From Botryllus schlosseri (lineage: Eukaryota), in contig CM119371.1 of the NCBI GenBank assembly GCA_051294905.1, positions 3,226,001 through 3,290,000 on the forward strand: a stretch of 64,000 nucleotides of DNA, written 5' to 3'. Positions 41,129 to 55,000 of the stretch are shown piece by piece; the stretch's first letter is position 1, and every line of letters starts with the position of its first letter. Both the position numbers and the translations under genes were made by a program. Below the pieces are notes generated by a model. The model was not told where the DNA came from. It ran no database searches and saw nothing but the letters and a program-made list of their open reading frames with translations.

Positions 41129-41404
41129 ATGGGACTACGCATAACGTTCCATAGATTCCTCTGGCCCCACACCGTGGTTTTACGACACAGACAAGATGCA
41201 GCGGTGGAAATATTGAAAATGAAAAACGATACCTTGGTGACATTTGATTTGGATTTTACACCTGATGAACCATACACTCGATTGGTACATTGGGATGACA
41301 ACTCTATCGTCGAGGTCGAGGGAAAAGAAATGTACAGATTTGTTGGTGTTGTGGATATTCAGCGAAAATCAGGGTATATGGTTGTGTATGGTTCGCATAT
41401 TTGA
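41129..41404 (+). CDS. 91-aa hypothetical protein in the loop of element 1
   Basis: Intact ATG..TGA; aligns without gaps to 56371-56096 at 55/91 identities (hand count), with synonymous changes (FTPDEPY: cct/ccc, gat/gac, cca/cct). Confidence 0.75.
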   Translation: MGLRITFHRFLWPHTVVLRHRQDAAVEILKMKNDTLVTFDLDFTPDEPYTRLVHWDDNSIVEVEGKEMYRFVGVVDIQRKSGYMVVYGSHI

Positions 41405-44400
41405 CTGAGAATATATCGGTATGCATAATGCACTGTCCATTGTGTCATGACGTGTGTCATCTATGGCCACATTGAATGTACAGAGTCGTCGCATGATGAG
41501 ACTTGAGAACATGAATTTGTTTTCCGTGATGTTTGTACACCGACACATTGTATGTACACCTGGTTTACGCGAATACTTGTGAACAATCGTGACGTTACTT
41601 GTATGTGATGGTTGGTATTTTTCATGGAGACAAAACACTGTCTGTAACATGTTTACTTGAATATTGGTCGTTGGTTCATGAGTGAATATCCGGATCAGGC
41701 CCCCACACACTTTCTCATATTAGTGATCCGGCTTCAGCTGACTGGAGCGACATGTATTGATCAGTAAAGACACAATATAGTAAACAGAGCTGAGGAAACT
41801 CACAAGTAACCCGGAGTTGTTGGCGCGATGGGGAACATAAATTCATCCGTTTTCCGAATACCATTATCCGTGTATCAACCAGCTACCAAAGTCGAGGAGG
41901 TGTTTTATTCAGACATTTTGACTCTGGAAAATCCAAAGCACGAACCCGGACATCACGGACATATTGGAAACCCATTTATTCGCAAATTCCGAAAACATAC
42001 ATGTCGATGTACAACAGTTCATTGTTATTGTATGTGAGTAACCAATGATTTTGATGGGATGCATCAGATCAAGTGAATATTTGATTAGACAAATGTATCG
42101 GAGTCGTTGTTGGTGTATATTTTGTCGCTGCCCGTTGTAACAATATACAAAAATATCAAATTGTCCGGTGTGGTTGTCAGTTTTCAAAACGAAAATGATA
42201 TTGTTACCCAGGGAGAAGGTAGATTTCCAAGTGAAAACTGTATTGGTACTCAGGTAAATGATAGTTTCCAGACGAAAAGGGTTTGTTACCCAGGAGAAAA
42301 TGATTAGTTACTCTAGGTAAAAGTATTTTTCCAAGTGAAAATGTATTGTTACACTGGGTAAACGCCGGATCTCCAAAAGAAAATGATATTTTTATTCGGG
42401 TAAAACGATGGACCACCAAGTGAAAATGGTTTCTTGCTCAGGGAAAAAGGTTTGTTACCCGCGGAAAAAATATATTTCCAAGTGAAAAAGATTTGTTACC
42501 CAGAGAAAAAATATATTTCCAAGTGAAAAAGGTTTGTTACCCAGAGAAAAAATATATTTCCAAGTGAAAAAGGTTTGTTAACCAGAGAAAAAATATATTT
42601 CCAAGTGAAAAAGGTTTGTTACCCAGAGAAAAAATAGATTTCCAAAGGGTAAGGGGTTTGTTACACTGGGTAAACGATAAATCTCCAAAGGACAATGGTA
42701 TTTCTACTCGGGTAACGACCGACCTCCAGGTGAAAATGGTAATTTTACTTGGGTAGGTATCGTATGTTTAGTGTCGTTGGTATTGTTAAACGTTGTCGCC
42801 GGTATCCGTTGGTATACTATTACGAGTGTGAAAAGGATTTACACGACCTGTGCAGAGTATCGCGATAGTAAACATATTTTTGGTGCGACGAAACAAGATC
42901 GTTGTTTAAATTTTAATGCATTTCGATTACCGAGTTGTTGTACAAAAGAGATGACTCTACATTAGACCGTGCTGTATACTTCGATTAAAACCACAAGACC
43001 ACATGTAAATCTATTCGCACAACTCGATGATGTTGATATAGTGTTACTAAAATTGATTATTACCTATTTACACAACATAAAAATATCAATTCACGTCGTA
43101 GCAGGTTTCTTGAACTCGTGCTTGATGAAACGAATGGTGACAAGTAGGCTTTGAGTGAAAAATAATTATTTAGAGTAGTGACATTTTGTGACCAACGAAT
43201 GTAAATCGATCATGATATTACAATATACGTCTTCGTCAACATAACGACTTGGTGTAGAAATACTTTCACGTTTTTTGAATAACTTGATTCTCGAGACTTG
43301 TTACTGGTACGATGTACCATTGGTGACTATAACGGCCATTTTGTATGATAGTATGTTTTAGTTGTATTGTTGTGATGACTCAGCACTTTTCGTTAGCAAA
43401 GTGGGTTGATTTGTGTGTAAGATGTAAGCACCGTGCTAGAAAACATATGTACTCTGTTGTTGGAGTAGCTGATTTATTGTTATGACATGGACATATCCTG
43501 AAGCCTTGGTTTGTTGTCTTACGAAAGATGAGGCGACCTCGGTGTCGTAAATTGTGTTAACTAAACTCGGATGGATACCACAATTGGGCTGGCCTTACAC
43601 CACCAATCATTGTACAGGTTTGTAGCATGAGCGAATATTTTCGTGTAACATGAATATCTTTCGTATACACTTAGTATGAAATGAGATGTGTGGAACAATA
43701 ATTAGTGTCGTACAAAGTGTTGTGTTTGATTGCTTACTTTTTATCAATGTCTTTGTGATGTTAAAAGACGACTGAGTTTTCATTTACATTAAGCGGAGAA
43801 ACTCATGTAATAAATTTTACTCATTTGAAAATCGACTCGCGTGAAAATACCGATCAATGGAGTAGCAATATCAATATGCATGGTATATTATTTTTCGCGA
43901 TATGCACCAACCTTCTAAGTATAACTTTTCAAAAATTTATCATGTCATAGAAAAGTTGGTTTTTATGAAATCGAAACAAATATACTTCGATTACCACGAC
44001 AAAGGAATTGAGATCAACGTAGTATTTCGAAATGGTATGTTCTGCAATCGCTAAATATCAAACTGTGCATACAACTCGGTTAGGTAAACGACCCAGTTAC
44101 AAGACGGATGTATTCTTGATGTACAGATGGCAGTCTGATGATGTAAAGCTCAACCACTCTATCGATTCGAAACAATTGTACTTCGATTATTATGATGATG
44201 GAAATTACGATCAACGGAGTATTTCGAAGTGACTGTGTATCGGTCGGTATGTTCACCAATCGCTAAATGTCGGTTAATTAAAAGATACAAATGACAGCTT
44301 GATGATGGCAAAGCTCAACCACGCAAATGTGTTCATTGCAAAGTATTTGACACGAACAAAATATCGAATGGAGACCATCACATTGGTTTCATTTCGAGTG

Positions 44401-47250
44401 AGTGAAAATTGTTTTCTGTTGGCCAGGTAGGACACATTTGACAAACATCGTGCACATTGTATCTTCGTGATGGTAACGACTTTCAGCGGCTTGGTTTCAT
44501 GTCGGGAATTACTATTTGAGGGTTCGAGAATGATTTCAATCAATACTAGAAATGAGCAACAATGCAAAACACGTTTAGCAAATAACAGTGTGGCAAGTAC
44601 TTTTTCGATATTACGAGTGTTGGGCACTAGACACTTCTAGTTGAATTGGATGCATCTAACAAACATATCACAATTTACTTTTGCAATAATCAAAGTCTTA
44701 GAGTGTATAACCTCGCGATATTTTACATTTGGCACGCACAATGGGGAGTTACTGAAATGATTAAGAATTGATCAATTGAATTGTTTCAAAGTATGATCTT
44801 GAAATATGACTGGATCAAAGTTGGTAGTCATGTTTGTCAAAGTCCAAATATTTCATTTTGGATTATCTGGATTTACCTTTAGTACATCCCGCGAATGGAT
44901 TTCGATGCGGTACTATAACATTTTTGATAATAATGACTCAAGGATTTTCAATCAACAATACTGGAATTTTTTGGTAATGCTAGAGTTGCCAAATGATTAG
45001 TTGCGTGTTTTTGTTAAGTGTTTGATTTCAAGTTAATAAAGACAATAACTGTGTAATGCACATACTTGTGATTCTTGATTCTTGTAGAGTTATAGTTGGT
45101 ATTGATTCTATAAGTGTGAAAACAGTGGCGCGGAATGTGCGAATAATTCGATGCGGCTGAAAGTCGGCGTCAGTAATATTCGGGTTACGTTCGATTCAAC
45201 AAAAACGCGTTATGGGATTTGTCAAAGGATTAGAGTTGTACCGATTTAAAACATTCAGATACGAATCGACTTGATTTGTGTAGTGAGTTTCATTTCAAGT
45301 TGATAAACTAACACATTGATTGAATATTTTCATGGATCTTATCACGCAACTAAAGTCAGCCACTATTCTGGAGGCGTGAAACATATAGCGATCGCGGGCG
45401 AGTGACAAATTGTCGGTTTTCCAATCACCGCCTGCGACGGTTCTGTGACAAACTAATTACCGAAATATTACCTTGTGGGCGGGTATGAGGAATTGCTATG
45501 TCTGAAGTATTATCCGGTGAGTGGTCGTTGGATTTTAAAATTATATCACACCCTTTTGAATAAGCGTTCACTTCACAAAGGATTAGGGTTAGAGCGGAAA
45601 TAAGTGACAATTTGTCGCTATTCAAGTTACCGCGGTCTGTTATTCGTTACTTGTTAAATCTTACCAGCGATATCAAGTTCTGTGACAAACTGATTACTAA
45701 AATTTCTCCGCGTGAGCGATCGGTATGGTTATGACACCAAGTCGTGAAAGATGGTTATGACCGAGACATTATCTTGTTAGCGATCGCGGGGTTTTGCAAA
45801 CTATTTCACAGCTATTTGAAGTGTTAATTCGTGAGCGTTGTTATTGTTGATATTCGAATCGCCGTCTACGCCGGCTCTGTGGTAAACTAAATACCAAAAT
45901 ATTACCTTGCAAGTGATTCCTAGACTTGGCAAACTATTTCACACCTTTTTTGCTGAAAGTACGACATGCCGCCCGCAGTCTATACCGAAAGTACGAATCA
46001 CGACCGCACCCATAAGAACACATGCCGAATCACCACAGATCCCGTAAGAATACACGACAGGCGAATCGCCGCCACCGCCTATAGCAAAAAAGGCGAGTCA
46101 CGACCACGAGTTTTCACGGCGAATCACGACCGCGGCCTATACCTGGAAAGGCGAATCACGACCGCACCCATAAGAACACATGGCGAATCGCGGCCCAGAG
46201 GGGGGTCTAAAAAGGCGAATCGCCACCCCGGGTTTCCAGGCGAATCGCCGCCGCACCCATAAGCCACAATGGCACACCACGACCGATCATACTAACTACT
46301 TTGGGGCCCCATACGGTGATATGCCCGACTTTTCGGGTAAGAAGTCCATTTGGCTTTAGTTTTTGGGCTGCTACTTATCAGCGAGTTTTGTGTACTGTTT
46401 GGCAAGTCAGCTTTAGTCGTCTAGACTCGCGAAAGACGAAATTTTTATATAATACATGACTAAATCGGTCAATATGATCAGGAATTGGATATATATGTTG
46501 TTATCATTTTTTTATTTCCTCTCTGGTCATTTAACCAGATTTATTGGTAGAACTGAGTGAGTTGTCTTGGAAAATGTAGGGGCCGTTAATAATGATGAAA
46601 CAACTTCGGGCGGACCCGTTGGTATAATGATTTTATCGCATGATATTATTTAGTGACCTCCTGTCTGCTATGTCGAAAGATACTGGCAAATAATTTTTCC
46701 CTGCGAGATGACATCTGTCTTGTGGGATTCAAATTTCTTGGACAGGAACGTTCAGCGTCATATATTTAGCGGCTATGGACATATTGGACAATATATCGAA
46801 GTTTTCGGTCAGTATAGGGGCGGTCTTTTTCAGCCAAGGATTTCTCTCTGGCGATTTTCCTGACACACTTCTCGGGGTCGCATGTGACATGGCCTAAAAC
46901 CACATATATCTTGGTACGTTGTGGCACCGTAATGGCCGAGGCCGAAATGTCAATTTCTCTAAATAATGCTCATCTGTTCTTGGGGAGGTAACCAATACTC
47001 AGGATATTTGGCAACAATAAATCGCGCGCAACGCGGAACATTTATGAAAATGTTGGATATCTATGAATTTCCCAAATTTCCAATTTCGTTAGGTTTGGGG
47101 TACCACAGAAGCCTGAACACTAATGAAATCTTCAAGACTTCCAGGCCTGGAAAAACTTCTTCACATATTTTGAACATCATTGTAAAGGTGCCTTCAGCAG
47201 ACCCTTCCCCAAATTTACAAACCGTATTGAATAAAGAGCATTATACTCAC

Positions 47251-47397
47251 TTTGAATCCCGGAAGGTGTTTCTCCTTCAGCGCCAGTAATGTTGTAGACG
47301 ATTTCTTTTACATTTATTTGATCTCCGGACACGACGTTAACAGAGCTTTTCGTGAACTTCAGATTGACATTTTCTCCTTCGGCCAAAGTTGCGGATC
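47251..47397 (-). CDS. Probable N-terminal exon of the NLR gene
   Basis: tgtgtttcttag|GA...CAAA|gtgagt; 147 bp, phase 1-1, joins in frame to the NACHT exon (..GIQ-S-VKYKKLIEVIND). The start-codon exon was not identified. Confidence 0.6.
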
Positions 47398-49000
47398 CTA
47401 AGAAACACATTTTTATTGTATACTGCTTGTCAGGTTCAATATATAGCCTTATAACAAAATGATATGGATTCTATTATTTTCTTCGATGTCCTTCAGATTA
47501 TTATTTGCGCAACAAGCAAAATGTACGGTATTTAAATAACTTCACAACTGTTCCAGATGGATAATATTATCATGTATTATAAGAGATCTGAGCTCAAATA
47601 CTAGGCTACTAACCGCTTATTACGGAGGTCATTGATATAGGCTTGACATAAGCGACACCAGAATCGTTATCTTTACCCTCATCTGGCACTCTACTGATAA
47701 GGTGGTACTAATTAGCTAGCATATATGACGATACTGAAAATATTTCTTAGCATTCTATGTTGAATCCATCGAATTTCATAATCGATAACTTTCTCTTCAA
47801 CAGTCGTAACCTCTCATGCCATCAAACTGTCTGTTGGGATAGCCAACATTCTTGTGGCCTTTTGTTGTGATACGACTATAAAAGGGCAGGATATTTTTAT
47901 TGTTATGAAGGAGGGCGTGTCTATTAAAGCATGAAAACCACTGCTTCATGGCATTGTCTTTAAACGATTGTAGATTGCAGCCAAAGTCTGAGTGGCCCGA
48001 CACGCGATTATTCAGGCCAGCGAATAGCGATGATATCTTGCACACATGGCCTGTTGTAGGCCTACATACGATTGCTCAGGTCGGTTGTTGACGCGAACAA
48101 TTATTGAGTATTGCGAGCGGGTGCAGCTATCCACTACCCAATTATGCTCATGTAGCCTACAAATGACAAACCAATTCAGCAGGATATTGCATGCGGCTCT
48201 GTGCAGCGCGGACGAATCTTGCTAATTGGCAGCGCGTAACACTGGTAATACGAATTATGCGAATCGCGATTGAAAACAAACACGAAGAAGGATGTGATTT
48301 GAAGTTTTATTTTGAAGGGAGATTTTTTTCAAGAATTGTTGTACTCATGCGTAATGTGCGCCCCCTGACAAAAATCGGGAGGTAAGATTTTGCACAGTAT
48401 AAGTGAAAAAATTATGGTAATTCAGTATACATGGACGGGCTACTCGTGAGCCCCTTCAATTTTATTCTAGTGACTTTGATTCTAAAGCATAATATATATG
48501 GCATATGACATGAACTTATAAGGAAATATATTACGTTTTCATAATTTTGTACCTTTCTATGCGCTCAGAACATATGCCTGACAGACAGACCATCAGCTAT
48601 TCAACCAACAGCTATACGCACTCGCCAGTTACTCTTATCAGAGGCATCTCCGGATCGGTGCAATGTGCATCATTCAAAATCTAGTTTTAGTGAATGGATG
48701 GTTCGATCATCGCAATGATGACAGTTAAAATCGTAATATAATTTTTTTTCTTCTTTTGGCTAACCGCCAGATATTTATTACATTCATATAATTTCAATAC
48801 AAAAAAATGCAAATTAGATAACGCGCGCGGCAAATAATAACATGAAATGCATGAAATACATGAAACACATGAAATCGCCGCGCATCCTTTTCCATTTTCG
48901 TCTTTTTTCCGTCATCCCATCATTTCGTCATTCCGATCTTCGTCTCGTCAGGTATGTTGTCTTTTCCCATCTGTTTTCGTTCCTTTGGATAGAAGGCATT

Positions 49001-52000
49001 AGTAGTATAGTAGATCGCTCACATGACGCGCTTTTTAACATGGGGTAGTATAGGGCCCGCTGGTGAGGTGCCGCGAAACTCGTGTTGGTGATGGCACCCT
49101 TTTGACCCCCCCTTCCGCTGGTGAGGTGCCATGGGTTCTTATGGGATCTCTGGTGATGGTACCCTTTCAGGTATAGGCTGCGTCAGTGATGTGCCGTGAA
49201 AACTCGTGTTGGTGAGTCGTATTTTCGGGTATAGGCTGTGTCGGTGATGTGCCTGTCATGTATTCTTACGGGATCTCTGGTGATGTGCCATTGTCTCTTA
49301 TGGTATCTCTGGTGACGGCACCCTTTCAGGTATAGGCTGCGTCGGTGATGTGTCTGTCATGTATTCTTACGGGGTCTCTGGTGATTCGCCATGTGTTCTT
49401 ATGGGTGCGGTCATGAATCGCCCTTTCGGGTCTAGTCAACTCTCGCGCTGTGTTGAATAGGTATCAGGAATAGTAAATAGTCACGTGATTGATTCTTAGT
49501 TAATGTGTACATTACAAATTATTAAATATGACTGATTCGAGTTAATCCCAACGTTTACGGTGAGTACGACAATGATATATCGTTATTCTTATGGCGGGGG
49601 TGGCATGCGGCTCTTATGTCTTACGGCGGGGGTCGCATGCGGCTGGGAAATCCGGGGTGGCAAGCGGCTCTTTTGTCTTATGGCGGGGGTGGCATGCGGC
49701 TATTTGTGTCTTGTGGTCGCACGGTAATCCTTTCAGGTAGAGATGATTTGACTAACGTTGTGGGTATAGGCGCGGCGGCACGGTGTTGAATATGTACCAG
49801 ATGAATAGTCATGTGAATGTACCTTTGTTAATGTGTATATCGTAAATTATTATATATGATGTAGTTTAGTCGTGACAAACGACCGATCGTCTCAAGTCTT
49901 TTCGCGCTGTGTCTATTGATTTCTACGTAACCTGAATAGTACTTTCAGATCGGATTATTCGCACCTTGTATACCGCTGTTTCGCACCTACAGAATAGTCT
50001 GCTGTTCACAACCACAACAAGAATCACAAGTATACACATTTATACATTCATTCATTACTGTCAAATCAAACTAAAGCACGCACAATCGTATCATTAACTT
50101 TTTTTTACCATCACCCAAAATAATTCAAGTATTCCTTGGCTGAAAATCCTTGAGTCCTTATTATCAAAAATGTTATGGTGCGGTGTCGGAATCCATTCGC
50201 AGGATGTACTAAAGGTAAATTCAGATAATCCACCCGCGATCGCTCACAAGATAATACCTAAGACATAACCATCGCTCGCGACTCGCTGTTACATGCATGC
50301 CGATCGTTAACAATGTAATATTTTGGTAATTGGTTTGCCACAGAGCCGGCGTAGACGGTGATTCGAATATCAACAATAGCAGCGTTCACAAACCAACACT
50401 TCAAAAACGCGTGAAATAGGTTACAAATCCCACGATTGCTCACAAGATAACACCAAAGACATAGCCATTTCTCGCGTCTTGTCATTACATACATCCCAAT
50501 CGCTACAGTGTAATATGTCGATGGTTGTTACTATCAAGTAATAAGTAATGAATAACAGTACCAGCGCAGACCGTGATTCGAAAACCGACAATTTGACACT
50601 TGCACGCGATCGCTATATGTTTTGACACTTCATAACAGTCGTTGACTTTGCGTGATACAAATCATGAAAATATTCAATCAGTGTGTCAATTTGTCAACTT
50701 GAAATGAAACTTACTACACAGCTCAAGTTGATTCGTATCTGAATGTGTTAATTCGGTACAATTCTAATTATTTTGAGTAATCTTTTTAACGCGATCAGTT
50801 GATTCGAACGTAACCTGAATATTACTGACTCCAACTTCAGCCGCATCGAATTATTCACACATTCCACACCGCTGTTTCACACCTATAGAGTCAACACCAA
50901 CTAAGTCAACAAGAATCAAGAATCACAAGTACGCACATACAATCATTGCATTTATCAACTTGAAATCAAACAATTAACAAAAACATGCAACTAATCATTT
51001 GCCAACTCTAGCATTACCAAAAAATTCAGGTATTGTTGATTGAAAATCCTCGAGTCCTTATTATTAAAAATACGGGGTCGGAATCTATTCGCGAGATGTA
51101 CAAAAGGTAAATTCAGATAATCCAAAATGGAATATTTTGACTTTGGTATAGTGTGAATTGAAATAGGACTGACAAACATGACTACCAACTTTCACGCAGT
51201 CACATTTCGAGATTTCGGGCATATTGATTTGAAACAAGTATTGAAACATCACAACTCTATTCACGAATTGACTTTACGTATGTCAAAGAGAGTTTCAGAA
51301 ATACTATCGCTATGACATCTCAACATATTAACATCTTGTCATACGCAAAAGAGTAAAATACAAAAACCTTGTCAAGTCAATCCGTTTGTAACTTACCAGA
51401 CCAACTCAAACAGTATCAGTATGAAAAACAACCAAACATACACGAATCCATACAATCACTAAAACCTTAAATCCGTAACAAGCTTGGTTGTATTCATATC
51501 CCTACGACGCATCTTTTTTATTCAACTTGAAAAGTCGTTACTATTCTGTAAGATAGAGGAATTACTACGCGGTATATTCTGCAAGACAAACTAATTACTA
51601 CTCGGTATATTTTGTAAGACAAAAGTAATTACTTCTCAGTGTCGGCGACTTGAGATTAACATAATATGTTTGAGTATACGAGATTTGAAAGTCCGACCAA
51701 CGTAGTTGAGAATTCATTTCTTACAATCGAACGATGGTGTTATATTCAAAGTTATCATGCTGTGAACATAAGGATTGACACATTGATTTGACATATGAGA
51801 TTTTGTAATAGTTGATCATTACTTTATTATTAAATTATTTGCGTTAATTAGACACGGCGTTGTGCTAAATGTTATGACAGCAACAAACTTTTCAGTGCCA
51901 TTGTTCTTAACATATTAAGTTGTAAAACTATACGTGTCTGAAATGTTCTTGATTGGAGAATGACTCCACCTCGATAAAAATCACTCTGCGTATCGCGATA

Positions 52001-55000
52001 TCAGGAAATATTTTACAAATGTAATTGTTTCCAGTAACCAAGACTAAAGATGTAACAGCAATATCGGTATTATTACATTCAACAACCAGTACAATTATTA
52101 AAATCTATCGTTTGCGATAAACAACGCTAAAGATGCAATAATTCCATTATTCATACATTGAACATCCGATACAAAATGCTTTATTATCCCGATTCGCAAC
52201 GGGTAATTGAAACGACTAAGTGTAGAGTCAGTATATCACAATGAGACGTCGTTACTATTGAATCCAGCAATTGATACGATTTATTGCAGGGATTTGTGAC
52301 AGCGCATTGAAACATACACAACTTACAGAGTGTGAAAATATCACTTTGGGTATCGAGTACCCTTTGAAGCGCGCGATCAATACATAATTCCAGTCGCACT
52401 CTCTAAGACATTGTGAAGTCTACGGATTTACACTTCAAGACTTTGATCAACACAGAAGCAATTTGGAATGTCTTTACTGGACGCATCCTATTCTACTAGA
52501 CTTGAGTATACGCAAAACTCATAGCATTAACAAAATCGCAATAGGCGCTACACTGAAATTTACAAAATGTGTTTGTATTCTTGCTCAAAGTAGTGATCAT
52601 GAATTATCATTTGAATCTTCTAAAGTAATTGTAATCGTAAAACCAAACTTGCGAAAGTCATTACCATAACAGAAGAATATTGTAGGTTGCTTGCTAAATG
52701 TATGCCGGAAATATTTGTAGAACGCTCACGACCAAAGAAATCGGAAATTGTCATTCATCAAAGTAAATGTCGTCACAATACTCTGCCGCTAAAAGACGTT
52801 ACTCGTATGTGATTGAATCGCCGGTGATTAACTCGCTAAATCAAACCCTAAGAAATTTCACTCACTCATCGGATATTAAACAGCGTCGCTTAATCGGTGT
52901 AGTTCGTTTTTTTTTTCTAAATGCAAATCATACCTAGCCAAGAGAAAACAATTTTCACTCACCCGGTAATGAAACCAAGCGGTGGCTCTTCGTTCGATAT
53001 TTTGTTTGCGTCAAATACTTTGCAATGAACACATTTGAGTGGTTGAGCTTTACATCATCAAGCTGTCATCTGTAAATCGAGATTACATCCGACTTGTAAC
53101 TCTATCGTTTAACTAACCGAGTTGTATGCACAGTTTGATATTTTGGTCATTTAGTGATTGCTGAACATACCAAACGATGCACACCCACCTCCGAAATACT
53201 GCGTTGATCTTAATTTCCATCATCGTGATAATCGAAGTACATTTCCCTCGAATTCATAACAACCAACTATGACATGATAGATTTTTGACAAGTTTACTTA
53301 GAAGGTTTGTTGCATATCGCGAAAAATAATATACCACTCACATTGATACTTTTACTCCATTGATCGATATTGTCAAACGAGTAAAATTTATTACTTGAGT
53401 TTCTCCGCTTACTATATGTAAATGTAAACTCAGTCGTCTTTCAAAACCATAACAAACAATGATAAAAAGTAGGCAATCAAACGCTGCAAGTTTAACTTTT
53501 GTAGGTTGTGTATGATTACCCCACGCAACTCATTTCATACCAAAGGTATATGAAATATATTCATGTTACACGAAAATACTCGATATTCCCATGCTACAAA
53601 CCTGTACAATGATTGGTGGTGCTTTCAAACTGTTTCGATACCTCAAGAACTTTATTGTCTGAATGGTTGTTCATGTATCTTAATAATCAAGTAGTTCAAC
53701 ACAGAACTAGTATTAACAGAAACACCAGAGTTGTTTACACAAAAGTTTGTATGTGTACAGTATACGAATACCATGTGTAAGTCCAGCACAATTGTGGTAT
53801 CCATACGAGTTTAGTTAACACAATTTACGACACCGAGGTCGCGTCATCTTTCGTAAGACAACAAACCAAGGCTTCAGGATATGTCCATGTCATAGCAATG
53901 AATCAGCTACTCCAACAACAGAGTGCATATGTTTTCTAGTTACGGTGCTTACATCTTACACACAAATCAATCTACTTTGCTAACGAAATGTGGTGAGTCA
54001 TCATATGGTTATCCTCACTAGTAAAACATACTATCATACAAAATGGTCGTTATAGTTTGCACACCAACGGTACATCGTACAAGTAACAAGTCTCGAGAAT
54101 CCAGTTATTCAAAAAACGTGAAAGTATTTCTACACCAAGTCGTTATGTTGACGAAAGCGTATATTGTAATATCATGATCGATTTGCATTCGTTGGTCACA
54201 AACTGTCACTACTCTAAATAATTCTTTTTCACTCAAACACAAACGCATACTTGTCACCATTCGTTTTCATCAAGTACGAGTTCAAGAAACTTACTACGAC
54301 ATGAATTTTTATTTTTATATTGTGTAAATAGGTATTAATTAATTCAAGTAACACTATATCAACATCATCGAGTTGTGCTAATAGATTTACATGTGGTCTT
54401 GTGGTTTTCGTCGGGACATACAGCACGAACTAACTGTAGACTCCTCTCTGTTGTACAGCTACTCGGTAATCGAAATGCATTAACATGTAAACAACGATCT
54501 TGTTTCGTCACACCAAAAATATGTTCACTGTCGCGATACTCCGCACAAGACGTGCATAGCCTTTTCACACTCGTAATAGTATACCAACGTCAAGCGATAA
54601 CGTTTAACAAGACCAACGACACTGAACCCACGACGTTTACCTATGTAAAATTACCACTTTCACTTCTCAGTCCATCGTTTACCTGACTAAACATATTATT
54701 CTCCTTTGGAGATCTGACGTTTACCCAGAGTAAGAAACCATTTTCACTTGTAAATATATTTTTTCCTTGGCTAACAAACCTTTTTTCACTTGGAAATATA
54801 TTTTTTCTCTGGTTAACAAACCTTTTTTCACTTGGAAATATATTTTTTCTCTGGTTAACAAACCTCTTTCACTTGGAAATATATATTTTTCCTCTGAGCA
54901 ACAAACCATTTTCATTGGAAATATATTTTTCCCTGAATAACAACCCATTTTCACTTGTAAATATATTTTTCCCTCAGCAACAAACCTTTTTCACTTGGAA

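Larger units (their letters stand above)
33443..46300. mobile_element. Giant palindromic non-autonomous element with Polinton/Maverick-type termini (element 1)
   Basis: Starts AGTAGTTAGTATGATCGG and ends CCGATCATACTAACTACT; 6-bp TSD ttgggg (33437-33442, 46301-46306); arms 33443-40480 and 41456-46300 are near-identical inverted copies; 975-bp loop; GC-rich subterminal tandem repeats. Confidence 0.9.

Noticed and set aside
47677..48156. Further 5' NLR exons (about 48156-48070 plus a 17-bp micro-exon near 47693-47677)
   Set aside because: The phases can be made to fit, but the sites are weak and no start codon or domain supports them; RNA data are needed.
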